Below, piece by piece: positions 37,327 to 50,000 of a stretch of DNA of 64,000 bases. Position numbers and translations under genes: made by a program. Source of the DNA: Octopus vulgaris (lineage: Eukaryota); assembly GCA_951406725.2 (NCBI GenBank), contig OX597836.1:7812001-7876000 (forward strand), in the 5' to 3' direction. Each line of letters begins with the position of its first letter. Position 1 is the stretch's first letter. Below the pieces are notes generated by a model. The model saw nothing but the letters and a program-made list of their open reading frames with translations, was not told where the DNA came from and ran no database searches.

Positions 37327-39299
37327 CCTTATTTAGTGTAAATGTTTGTTTTGACAAAAATTCGTCTGGAGAAGTAAATCTACTTTAAAAATAATTGAGA
37401 AGAATTTTCTAAATTTATCGGTTTTTTTTTGCTTCTTGAGAAACTTGTATATCTGTGTGATGAGGTGTATGTGTGTGTGTGTATAGTTGGCTGTATGTGG
37501 TCATTTGACCAATGAGAAATAGCAGTCTAAGTATAATTTCAGTAATATTTCCTCGCATTAAAAAAGTGACAGACACAGGCAGTGATAGTCGTGTGATTAA
37601 GAAGTTTGCTTCCCTACCACATGGGTCCAGGTTCAGTCCTTCTCTATTGCACCTTGAGTGTCTTCTACTATAGCCTCAGGCTGAGCAAAGCCTTGTGAGT
37701 GGATTCGCGGTTCCTCTACAACAAGAACCTGCTCTACCCAGACCTCTTGTCTCAAACCTTAAACCCCCATCAAACATAAGGATGCAGCCCCACTTCAAGT
37801 TTTGTAGACTTGTGAACAGCATGAAGATCTCAGTCGTACCAATGCCACAAAAAAAAAAGCATTCCACTCTGTAAAGTGGTTGACACTAAGAAGGGAATCC
37901 AGCTGTAGAAATCAAGCCAAAACACACACAGGAACATGATCCTTGGACCTTTAGGATTCTTGTCAGACCATCCAAACCATGCCGGCATGGAGGGGACAAT
38001 GGTGTTAAAGGATGATGATGAGGATGTGTGTCTGTGTGTGTGGATGAAGATCCCCTCCAGTCATGAATGACTGTGGGATTGCACCTAGAAAGTTGCCCTC
38101 CAAGGCACAAGACTAGCAGTCACCCGTGCCCACCAGCCTCCCCCTCTCCATGCCACTGATGCTATCCAAGGGAAAGGCAAAGGGGCCGATACAGCTTGGC
38201 GCCAGTGATGTCACAATTCATTTCTACTGATGAGTGAACTGGGGCAACATGAAATAAAGTGTCTTGCTTAAGAACACAACATACAGCCCAGTCCAGGAAT
38301 CGAACTCACTACCTCATGATTGTGAGCTTGACACTCTAACCACTGAGCTATGCACCTTCACCATATATGTGTGTACACATGCATACACATATGTATGTGC
38401 ATTTCTATATATGTATCTGTGTGTGTGTATGAATGCATATGTATGCATATATTGCATGTATATGTTTGTGTATATCTACATACATGTGTGTGTGTGTGTG
38501 TATATATATATATGTTTGTGTATGTATGCATATACATATGTTGTGTATATCCATCTCATCCCCCCCCCCCCTTATATCTGCCATCTTCCCAACTCTCACA
38601 CCCACGCAAATTCTGAAGAATTTCATGCTACATAAAGATATCAATCAGAATGTTATGCCACGTACCATTATCGCCGAAATATAAACAAACACCAATTAGT
38701 GATATTACCCCAAATAATATTCTCTTCACCCTATCAAGACATATTTTATCCTCGCTTCGTTTCCGCTTAACAAATAAACCAAAAAAAAATAAAGGTTGTT
38801 TATGTTGTTGTTGCGGTTGACGTCAGACATAGCAGACCTGCAATCAAAGTCATTCTAGATCCAGCTGTGATCAGGCATAGTTTATCTAGGACTACATTAT
38901 CTAATCTGTCCTGTTCTATTTGGTGTTTAGTTCTGAGCTGTTATTGTGTAGAGTTTGATGAAAGGCATTCCAGCTGGTAACTGTTGTACCTCAGGCTTTT
39001 GTTTTTGCTTTTTTTTCAGACACTGTATATCTAAGAGTATTCTTGGCTTGAGTGTTCTTCATCTTTTAGCTAGTGTTATTTGAGGGAAATGAGACTACTA
39101 TTTCTAGCCGGTCGAATGGACACGTACAGATTTTTCTCTTTGGTTCATTTGTTGGTGTGTTGTGAGATGGTGTTGTGACCAACATTTGTCTGTCTCTTGA
39201 CACCATTAGAGGTCTGTCTCACAACAGCTTATGTAGTTAGTTATAGACATTACTTGCCTCACAACAGTTTGGATTGTGAGATGATGCAGGGACCACACA

Positions 39300-40010
39300 C
39301 ACAATGAGTTTCCATGCAGTTTGTCCCTATCAGATTCCTTCATAAGGCACTGGTTAGCCAGGGGCTTTATTCTTTTTCCTTTTACTTGTTTCAGTCATTT
39401 GACTACAGCCATGCTGGAGCACCACCTTTAGTTGAAGAAATCGATCCCAGAACTTATTCTTTGCAAGCCTAGTACTTATTCTATCATTCTCTTTTTGCCA
39501 AACTGCTAAGTAACAGGGGCATAAATACACCAACATCAGTTGTCAAGTGATGGTGGTGGGACAAACACAGATACACAAACATATACATATATATACTCTT
39601 TACTCTTTTACTTGTTTCAGTCATTTGACTGCGGCCATGCTGGAGCACCGCCATTAGTCGAGCAAATCGACCCCAGGACTTATTCTTTGTAAGCCCAGTA
39701 CTTATTCTATCGGGCTCTTTTGCCGACCCGCTAAGTTACGGGGACGTAAACACATATATATATATATATATACATATATGATGGGTTTCTTTCAGTTTCC
39801 ATCTACCAAATCCACTCACAAGGCTTTGGTCGGCCTGAGACTATAGTAGAAGACACATCCCCAAGGTGCCATGTAGTGGGACTGAACCCAGAACCATATG
39901 ATTGGAAAGCAAGCTTCTTACCACACAGCCATGTCCCAGGTGCCATGCAGTGAGACTGAACCGAGAACCACCTGGTTTCAAAGCAATCTTCTTAATCATA
40001 CAGCCATGAT
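39300..40010 (-). mobile_element. Three nested family A SINE segments
   Basis: Old copy (39300-39370 plus 39935-40010) split by a copy (39375-39932) whose central TA tract holds a young 3' fragment (39596-39752). Confidence 0.75.
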
Positions 40011-40281
40011 GTCTAGTCCAGAGAAACTAATGTCTTTCTCTATGTTCTGGATGAGAACTATTTCGTGGAAGTTGACAAAGTTTGTGTCAGTTCAACCAGC
40101 TGAATATTAAGGCTTACTCTCAGTCTGGGAGGAAGGGGTTAGTTAGTCCTGAACAAACCAGTCTGACTTCACTTGTTCTTTTTTTTTTACTTCACATAAA
40201 ATTTAATACAAAGTCTTGAACTTCAGTAAGCATATCTCTGCATATATGTGTCCGTATATATATTTGTTCATATACTTTAAC

Positions 40282-40321
<40 letters not shown>

Positions 40322-41610
40322 GTATGTGTGTATGGTGTTTCTTAGAGGGACTAGTATTCATTTCATGGCAAATAAAAAGGAAGAGAAATACAAATGTAAA
40401 ACAATACAATCTGTGTGAAGCCATGACTGCTGGAAGCGAATGGAGAACGAAATGGTAGGACTTTCAATTTGAGATGGTGTTAAGTACTAGTGGCGACGGT
40501 AGTGGTAAGTAGTGGTGTTGGTGGTAGTAATAGCAGTAGTGGTAGTAGGCAGTGAAGTACTGAAAATGTAAATATGGTCTGTGATATAGTAGTGGTGGTG
40601 ATGGTGGCGAAGTGTGGTGAGAAAATATAAGGTAGGCAGGTCTGCTCTGATAGACTGAAGGGAGAAACACAAAAACAAAATTATAAGTTGGCAGTTGTAA
40701 AATAAATATATATGAGATAGCAACAACAACAACAACAAAAATCTTATAGCAATGAGTCAGGGGGAAAATGCTAATAGTGAGTCATATTTCTTGTATGTAG
40801 TATTCCTCCCTCTCTCCCTCTCTGCCTGTCTCTCTCTCTCTCTTTCTGTCTGTCTCTGTTTCTCTCTCTCTCTCTCTGCTTGGACTACTTCTGCTTGCTG
40901 CTTTGAACATACCAAATTGTAGACAAACCCAGGCTCACATTTCTAGGGCAGCATACTCTGAAAACTTTAGCAACAAAACAAAATAAATACAGAAATAAAG
41001 AGAGACACAACAACAGTTCTGCTTGTCTCTCTGTCTCCCTGTCAGCCCCCCCCCATCTCTCTCTCTCTCATTATAAACACACACACAAACCACAGAGACT
41101 GACTTTCTCACACTCCCTCCACTGTTTGTATGAACAATGGTGGAATCAAGATAAAGTTTAGAAACTTTTTTTTTGTTACATGTCAAAAGTCCATGTCCTC
41201 TGCTTGATTTAATGAGAATAGAATTTAATAAAAATTATTTCATACGTAAAACATGTTGTGTGAAATACATTCGAAATACATTAATAAATATCTATTTATA
41301 TATATATATATATATTAAAAAAAAATAAGAAAAAGTTGTCTATTTGTAAAATAGAGTTAAAAGCTGTCTTCTGAAACCTGTACAGTGCAAATAGGAAGAC
41401 AGAAACGTGAAACTAGAAGCAGTGCAACAACAACAACAACAAGCTGTGTACTCTTTTACTTCATATTCCAAGTATCTTGTCTTTGACATATTTCAATCAT
41501 TGGACTGTGGCCATGCTGGGGCATTTACCTTGAAGGATTCTAGTCACATAAATCCATTTCCCTCTTGGGACATATTTTAAAGTCTGGTACATATTCTTTT
41601 GGTGTCCACT

Positions 41611-41645
<35 letters not shown>

Positions 41646-42229
41646 CTTTTATTCTTTTACTTCTTTCAGTCATTTTTACTGTGGCCATGCTGTAGCACCA
41701 CCTTGAAGTGTTTTTGTCAAACAGTTCGACCTCAGGACTTATTTTTAAAGCACAGTACTTATTCTATTGGTCTCTTTTGCCAAACCACTAAGTTACAGGG
41801 ACATAAACACACCAACACCTGTTGTCAAGTGATGATAGTGGAGATACACAGACACACACACACATGATGGGCTTCTTTCAGTTTCCATCGACCAAATCCA
41901 CTCACAAGGCTTTGGTCTGCCCAATGCTATAGTAGAAGACACTTGTCCAAGGTGCCACAAAGTGAGACTGAACCTGGAACCATGTGGTTGGGAAGCAACC
42001 CTCTTACCACACAACCACACCTCCACCTATATCATCATCATCATCATTTAACGTTTGTTGTTCATGCTGGCATGGGTTGGACGGTTTGACAGGGGCTGGT
42101 AAGCTGGAGGGCTGCACCAGACTCCAGTCTGATTTAGCATGGTTTTCTATGGCTGGTTGATTTTTTTCGATTGAAAGTGGTGCTCCAGCATGGCTGCAGT
42201 CAAATGACTAAAACAAGTAAAAGAATATA

Positions 42230-42553
42230 CGAGGAGAAGTCAAAAATTATCCACACTTTCGTAACATATCTTCATTATTGTGCTAAAAGCCTCCGATGAA
42301 TTTCAGCCCCTGACACTCCTTCCAATCAGAGAAATCGGATCACTGCTCTTGGTTCTTCTTTGGTGCATTTTGTTAGTGGAGCAGCCATGCTTACATTCTG
42401 GAGCAGCCAGAAAGAAAAATGGTGTGATCAGGCTCAAACTTCGATCACGTGAACACAATAGTACCAACTATAAGCACGCGTGAGTAGAAGGCAGTGTGAC
42501 ACTAATAAAGGTATGTTATGGCAAAAGTGTGGATAACTTTTGACTTCCCCTCG
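42230..42553. mobile_element. mariner-type MITE
   Basis: TA|cgaggagaagtcaaaaattatccacacttt ... aaagtgtggataacttttgacttcccctcg|TG; about 30-bp TIRs. Confidence 0.85.
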
Positions 42554-42914
42554 TGTCATCATCATCATCATCTTCGTTTAGCGTCCGATTTCCATGCTAG
42601 CATGGGTTGGACGGAACAACTGGGGTCTGTGAAGCCAGAAGGCTGCACCAGGCCCAGTCTGATCTGGCAATGTTTCTACGGCTGGATGCCCTTCCTAACG
42701 CCAACCACTCCGTGAGTGTAGTGGGTGCTTTTTACATGCCACCGGCTATGATCATTAAAAAGTTTTTAAATGTTTAAAAGTTCCCACAACTGTTTCGTGA
42801 ATATACCTTTTAAAATGAAGTCCAAAATTGGTGCCCCAGCATGGCCGTAGTCTAATGACTGAAGCAAATGAAAGGTATAAAAAGGATGGTTGTTACTGTT
42901 TCACATCCTAATAT

Positions 42915-43118
42915 TCTTTTCTACTCTAGGCTCAAGGCCCAGAATTTTGGGGGAGGTGGAGCAGTCGATTAGATCGACCCACTATGCAACTGGTACTTAA
43001 TTTATCAACCCCGAAAGGATAAAAGCAAAGTCAACCTCAGTGGAATTTGAACTCATAACGTAAAGACAGACGAAATACTGCTAAGCATTTCGCCCGGTGT
43101 GCTAACGTTTCTGCCAGT
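42915..43118 (-). mobile_element. SINE family B
   Basis: Reverse complement of the family B head and core. Confidence 0.85.
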
Positions 43119-44421
43119 TTTACATCCTAATATTGTTGAATTTAATGCTCAGCCTTCTACAGGTTAGTCACAGCATAAGCATCTCTACTCATGCCACATG
43201 CCTTAATCTGTCATAAGTTATGTCATGTGTTGTATGGTGAAAAGTATAATTGATGACAACAGATATGTGGTGAAAGCTTCATCTCAAATCTCAGATTCCA
43301 TTCATGAAGAATCTGCTGCCACTATTAATAATCTGCCTGCCAAAAGTGACAGACAATAACTTTCTGGATATTAAAGAGGAGAAAATAAATCTAGGGAAAT
43401 AATAAATTCTATTTTAGTAGCCATAACCATGTCCTCGGGGGACAGAGGCTGTTACTGGCAAAAACTGGCGCACAGGTGAGTGAAATTAATAGTTGTGTAT
43501 TTGGGAGCCTGTGATCCATGTTTAGGTCCCTGGAGGGAATGGTTTAATTCCTGTTTTGTTTCAAGGGTGGTGGCAAGCCAATTGTGTTTAGCTGGTCTGT
43601 GGCCCCTCAGGGACATAGGAAACAGGGATCTGGCACCATGTGAAATGGATATAGTTTAAAATAAATTCCTTATTACAATTCCAAGAATGTAATGAGAAAA
43701 GAATGTGACAGTATGTTTATATACTTATATACATAAATGCATATATATTTAACTATATACATACATACACACACACACGGGGAGTTGGTTGATGCATACA
43801 TGCATACCTACCAACATACATACACATGCATGTATGCACAACAGCCATAAATACACAAGTAGAAATCCTCATACTTGTACACTCATATAAAATTTCACTC
43901 TTAAAAGCACATACCTCCCACGTATACAAATGCGCACACACTTGTATGTGTGTGTATATATATATATACACACACATGTATACATATGTGTCTGTATGTA
44001 ATATAATATAGTATGATATATGCATCTTGTTGGCTGAATCATTAAAGCATTGGATAGATTGCTTTCAAGTATTCATTCTATTTCTCTGTGCTCTGAGTTC
44101 GAATCCCACCAAGGTCAACTTTGCCTTTCATCCTTCTGGGATTGATAAACTACCAGTGAAATACTGGGATGGGGTGGAAGGGTCTATGTAATTGAGTAAC
44201 CCTCTCCTCCTTAAAATGCTGGCCTTGTACCAGAATTGGAAGCATTTGTTCTGGTCTCATTAAGATGATGAAATCTCTCAGACAACAGCAACACTGGACA
44301 TTTATCTCCCATCTCTTATCTGCACTGTTTCTATGGACCTTAACTCTGTTGTGCCAACTTGTCTGAGACTGCACTTTTGGTTCTAAACATAAGTTAGAAA
44401 CTTCCATCATAATTGTATTAA

Positions 44422-44625
44422 CCCTTTCGTTACCAACCTGGTTGAAATCACCTCTGTCTTGTTTACATAAGTTTTGAATTAAAGTCTTCCACCAAACCTT
44501 AGTCACAATTTATGTTCCTAACACTAACTGAATGATAACAAAGTTATTTTACTAAATTCTTTGTTATATTTAAAATAATTGAAAGAAACGCAGAGCACCT
44601 CAAAATAAATAGAGTAACGAAAGGG
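44422..44625. mobile_element. Intact piggyBac-type MITE
   Basis: TTAA TSD on both sides; perfect 12-bp TIR ccctttcgttac / gtaacgaaaggg. Confidence 0.9.
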
Positions 44626-45961
44626 TTAAAGTAGGTTTTCTTAAGTTAAGTTCCTGTTTTATGTCATTTTCAATAATAATAAAAATAATAATTGTTCCCA
44701 TCACTTAGACTGGACAAATTTGTTACCAACCATGCCAACATGGAAAACTTACGTTAAATGAAAATGATGTAACACTTATTATATATTACTCTTATCTCTG
44801 TATTCTGCAAAGAGTTAATTTTTTTTTTACAGGCTTAATTATGAAAAATTTGTTAATTTTACTAAATTCTTTCAAATTCTTAATCGTTTTGAAAATTAAC
44901 TAAAACACATGGGCAATATTTTTCATTAGAAATATGGTAATGTAATTACAAGTTTAATTAATTTTATTTCAGTTTATTAAAAAGAAAAACAAACGAACAA
45001 ACACCCCCAGTAAAATATTAACTCAGTCATTTATAGTTTCCAAAAACTGCTGCTGTAAATATCAGTTCTCATAATTACTGATGATCTCTCTTCAATAAAC
45101 CAGCATCGCCCCTGCGTGCCTCCCTTGGCAAGTGCCATTTGCTCATCATTGAAATGGGTATAGCAGCTTTCCTTTGGGTGTATTTCTTACAAGGCACCAT
45201 CTTGTCCCTGTCATGTAGCTGAGTTCACCTCACACGTCTGGGATCTCAGAATGTAGAGAACAAGAACAAAACCCCAAAAACATTTTATCTATTGTCTTTT
45301 ACTTGTTTCAGTCATTAGACTGTGGCCATGCTGGGGCATCATCTTGATGAACTTTTAGTAGATTGAATTAACCCCACTACTTATGGGTTTTTTTTTAAAG
45401 CTTGGCACTTATTCTATTGATCTATTTTGTTGAACCACTAAGTTACAAGGATGTAAAAACACCAACACTGGTTGTCAAGCAGTGGTAGAGGACAAATACT
45501 GACACAAACACATTTATGGAGGGCTCCCCAACCACATGGTTTGCAGTTTTAGCCTCAGGTCAACCAAAGCTTTGTGAATGGATTAAGTAGATAGAAACTG
45601 AAAGAAACCCATCATGTGTGTATGGATGGATGGATGGATGGATGTGTAAAGAAAAAGGAGGTAGTCAGAATTTTGGATGATTATTTTGCGCTTTCATCTC
45701 ATTTCAGAAATTCATGTGTGTGTGTGTGTATTTGTGTATGTGTGTGTGCATGCTTGTGTTTGTCCCCCTCACCATTTGACAACCAGTGTTGGTGTGTTTA
45801 CATCTCTTTAACAAAGCGCTTTAGCAAAAGAGACCAAAAAAAAGTACCAGGCTTCAAAAACAAAATGAGTACTGGGGTTGATTCATTCGACTGGAATTCT
45901 TGAAGGAGGTGCCCCAGCATGGCCGCACTCTAATGACTGAAACAGATAAAAGACAAAAGAT

Positions 45962-46745
45962 TTATTCAGGGTGCACCAGGGGACTGAGAGCAAAACAAGA
46001 CATGAAACAGTAAAAAAAAAAACAAGGAAAAAAACCCAACATACATTGAGAAAAACAACACACTTATTTAATTAGATACATCAAAGAAACAAACCATTCA
46101 ACAAAACTTGCCCCTCTCCTAATGTCATTTCCTGTTGTGGCCATGGAAAGAACCCCATGCTAAGATTGGGTGGATGCTCTACAGTTGTCCTTCTCATGGT
46201 GGTAGCTCCTAATGAGTTTTTGGCACTTTGGGACCACCAGCTGGTTCCTACCTCGCAACAATGGTGTAGATGTAGCTGTTTGGGGGCTGAAATTAGGAGA
46301 GTTAGGGGGCCACATGATGCTCATGGGGGAAGGGTTCACATTGTCTCGTGGTTGTCCTGAGTTTTGTTAGACATGCTCTACTTTCTCCTCATCATGCAGG
46401 GTTTGTGCCTGATGCCCTCATGCCAAACACTTGATAATGGACCCTTGAAACCCAAGCTACTCAAGGATGGCTTTTATTTGACCAACTGGAATTGTCATTG
46501 ATGACATCCTGATCTTACTGGGTGCAATCTGCCATCATAACATCTAAATGCTGAAAGTGTTTTTCTTTTTGCTATGGATTACACTTCCTCACTAGGGGCC
46601 TTGTGCTTTCCTGATCCTGAACATAAAAGGCCTGGCTATGTTCAATTATTGGCAGTCATCACATCCTTGTGGCTGACAGCTAGAGATATGAGCACCATGT
46701 GTCTGTTTATTTTGTTTGTCATGTTGATGAGATTGATACAACTGA
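45962..46745 (-). mobile_element. Possible decayed retroelement gag/ORF1-like fragment
   Basis: Minus-strand KCLA*GHQAQT resembles a CCHC zinc knuckle; T-rich 3' end on the minus strand; weak. Confidence 0.3.
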
Positions 46746-48109
46746 AAGAGAAATGAGAAAGTTAAAATTTGGTGCATCCTACATAAAATTAGATTGAGTC
46801 AGCTTTCCTTTATGGCCTACCAAAATTTATTCAGAAATGCCCAGTGCACCCTATACACACACATATAAAATAGGATGTTTGTTTGCTATTATTGCAGTCA
46901 TGATTATGTGGTTATGAAGCTTGCTTTCCAACCATGAGGTCTCAGTTTCAATCCTACTGTGCAGCATTTATGGAATGTTTTCTGCTATAGACCTGGGTCT
47001 ATAGTGAATTTAGTAGACAGAAGCTGTGTGGAGCTCATCATATAGTGTATGTGTGTGTGTATATACTCTTGTCTTGGCATCATGTAATGGTTGTAAATGA
47101 GCATCACTGTCATACAAGCAAGGTTGTTCGTTTCCAGTCTTCCATGAAAAAGCTGCCTGGCCGTGCGGAAGATATTACCTCACTTGGAAACAGAGAGCTG
47201 GCAGAAGCGTTAGCGCACCGGGCATAACAGCATTTAATCTGCCTTACATTCTGAGTTCAAATTCCACTGAGGTCGACTTTGCCTTTCATCCTTCCAGGGT
47301 CGATAAAATAAATAGCAGTTGAGTGCTGGGGTGGGGGCAACGTAATTGACTTGCATCCACCCCAAAACTGCTGGCCTTGTGCCAAAATTTGAAATCATTA
47401 TTATTATTATTATCATTTTAATTAAGGCAGTGAGGTGGCAGAACTTTTAGCATGCTGGGTAAAAAGCTTAGCAGCATTTCCTCTGTTTTTAGGTTCTGAG
47501 TTCAAATTCCTCCAGGGTCAAGTTTGCTGTTCATCTTTCCAGGGTCATAAAATAAGTACCAGTTGAGCACTGGGGCCAATGTTATCAACTTACCCCTGTA
47601 CATGAAATTTGCTGGTCTTGTGCTAAAATTTGAAACCAAAATGACTAACTTAGATGCTTAAAGGTGGTGCCTCAGCATGGGCTGAAACCAAGTAAGTGAA
47701 CCCAGTAAAGCTGTGCACTAGAAATATAATATATCTCTAAATATCTGAGTGTATTTATACCATAAAATTCTCATGAGAAACTAAAATTAAAAATATAATA
47801 TCTGGGGAATTTTACCAATTTTATTAAGAAATAAACTGAAACGAATCTTTACCCCCTTATGTATTCTTTCATTACGCTCCGTATCGTTTTTCTTTTAAGT
47901 GTTTCAGTCACTTGACTGTGGCCATGCTGGGGCACTACCTTGAAGAATTTTAGTTGAATGAATCAACCCTAGTAAGTTTTTTCTTTTTAAGCCAGGTACT
48001 TACTCTGTCAATCTCTTTTGCCAAACTGCTAAGTTACAGGGACATAAACACACCAACACCAGTTGTCAGGTGGAGGGTGGGGGTGCAAATGCATACACAC
48101 ACACACATC

Positions 48110-48712
48110 AGACATCACAAGCAAACCACCTTTGTTTTACATGATCAGTTTATTAACCAACCAATCAGCGTGAAGCGATGGTGTGGGCAGGTTTTCTCAA
48201 ACATTCCAGAACCTGGCTTCCAGCCCCATACAGTAACAGTTCAGCATGCATTACACCCAGATGACCCCGGAAGGTGGCTAAGACAGATAGCGCAGATAAA
48301 TGATAGGAACCTCCGTCACCACGAATATAGCACAATTGTTTCCAGTTGTGTTGGACAAGCTGCAGTTTGTCCCACCATCCCAAGCAGGGCCTCTCTTCCA
48401 GTATTTCTTTATTGCTGTTGTTATCTGTCAAAGGCCAACGTAGTTTTGACTCTCTGCAATAATAAAATCTTGTCAAATGTTTGTGGGTGTTGTTCACTTC
48501 TAGACGCAGCCCAAGAAACATTTTTCATTCATCAACTCAACCAGTCACCCCCACAGACCATCCCGACAATCTTCAGTCTGCAAAAGATACATTGGACAAT
48601 CTGGTCTTGAATATATCGTTTTATGTCTGGCTTTCCATCGTGACAGGGGTGGCAATGGGCTGATGTTTGATAAGTAGAGATCTGTGACATGATTATCAAG
48701 GCTAACAACTGG
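48110..48712 (-). mobile_element. Decayed LINE ORF2 C-terminal fragment (L1-like zinc-finger region)
   Basis: Minus strand LPPLSRWKARHKTIYSRPDCPMYLLQTED..VC ... LVQHNWKQLCYIR; resembles the LP...CPxC....E...H..C and WK.R/C motifs of L1-clade ORF2 ends. Confidence 0.45.
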
Positions 48713-48862
48713 GCTTTATATTATTGGCGGCAGTGCTTCAGCATGGCCGTGATCTGGTGATTGACACAAGTAAAATGACAAAATGACAATGACTGACGAG
48801 GGTGATGACAATAACAATGATGACAGTAGTGGTAGTGGTGATAATAGAGCAGAGGTGTTGGT

Positions 48863-49282
48863 CATGGCCAGATTAAGACTCAAAGAGACCCTAAGCACTT
48901 GAGAGATTTTGGTGCCCCCCATATATACATGTAATCCAAAATATAAGCAATAATAAACCATAAAATAAATTTTTATTTTTCAAAAGGAAACAAAACAGCA
49001 AGATGGAAGAAAATGTTTATTTTTGTATATTTTTACTTTATTTATATTTGAAAAGTTTTCTACTTGCTTTAATTGCAAAGTCATTGATCAAGATCCTCAT
49101 TATGACACCATGAACACTTTGAAATTATATTTCCGATCATGTAATCCACTTCGAATACCATTTCAACAAGTTTAAAGTGATTTCTTTTGTGCTGTAAACC
49201 ATCTACCATTTCTATGGTTCCCTCACTTCCTTTGATCCCCTGAATACTGTGCTTATTTTGCTTAATGGTTAATCCAGTGTTG
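48863..49282 (-). mobile_element. Non-autonomous hAT (Tip100-like) derivative
   Basis: TIRs catggccagattaa / ttaatccagtgttg; degenerate 8-bp TSD gtgttggt / gcgttaat; minus-strand remnant ILINDFAIKASRK is typical of a hAT transposase C-terminus. Confidence 0.75.
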
Positions 49283-49569
49283 GCGTTAATGATAGTTGAT
49301 AGTCATACAATGTAATCCTTCTTGTGCTGGTGCCAAGAAAAAAATGCACTGAGCCCACTCTGTAAATTGATGGTTTGGTCCTTGTGAGGGGATTTGGTAG
49401 ATGGATACTGAAAGAAGCCTGCCAGCATGTGTGTGTGTGTGTGTGTGTTAGTACCTGATTGGTACTTAATTTTTTTTTTTTCTCTCTCTTTTTACTCTGG
49501 ACAAACAAACAAGCACAACTGAAAACAATACCTCCACCTTCGCTAAGGCAGAGGTGATAATAATAATAA

Positions 49570-50000
49570 TCCTTTCTACTCCAGGCAGAAGGCCTGAAAT
49601 TTGTGGGAAGGGGACTAGTCGATTACATTGACCCCAGTGTTCGACTGGCCCTTATTTTATCAACTCCAAAAGGGTGAGAGGCAAAGTCGACCGAATTTGA
49701 ACTGAGAACATAAAGACAGACGAAATGCTGCTAAGTATTTCACCTGGCATGCTAACGATTCTGCCAGCTTGCTACCTTCGTGATAATAATAATAATAACG
49801 GTTTCAAATTTTGCCACAAGGGCAGCAGTTTTGGGGGAGAGGGCCAGTCAGTTACAATGACCCCAGTATGCAACCGGTACTTTTTCTATTTACTCTGAAA
49901 GGATGAACTCGATCTTGGCAGAACTCACAATGTAGTGATGGGCAAAATACCACTAAGAATTTCGTCCAGTGTGCTAACGATTCTGCCAGCTCACTGCCTT
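49570..50000 (-). mobile_element. Two tandem family B SINEs in (AAT)n
   Basis: Reverse-complement family B motifs with taataataa spacers. Confidence 0.85.

Noticed and set aside
44345-44372. SVVPT peptide resembling upstream WDR13
   Set aside because: No AEASR continuation or donor; it is the decayed end of a piggyBac-type MITE.
47954-48610. 218-aa plus-strand ORF, the longest in the track
   Set aside because: Starts inside a SINE and continues antisense through a LINE relic; no recognisable protein.
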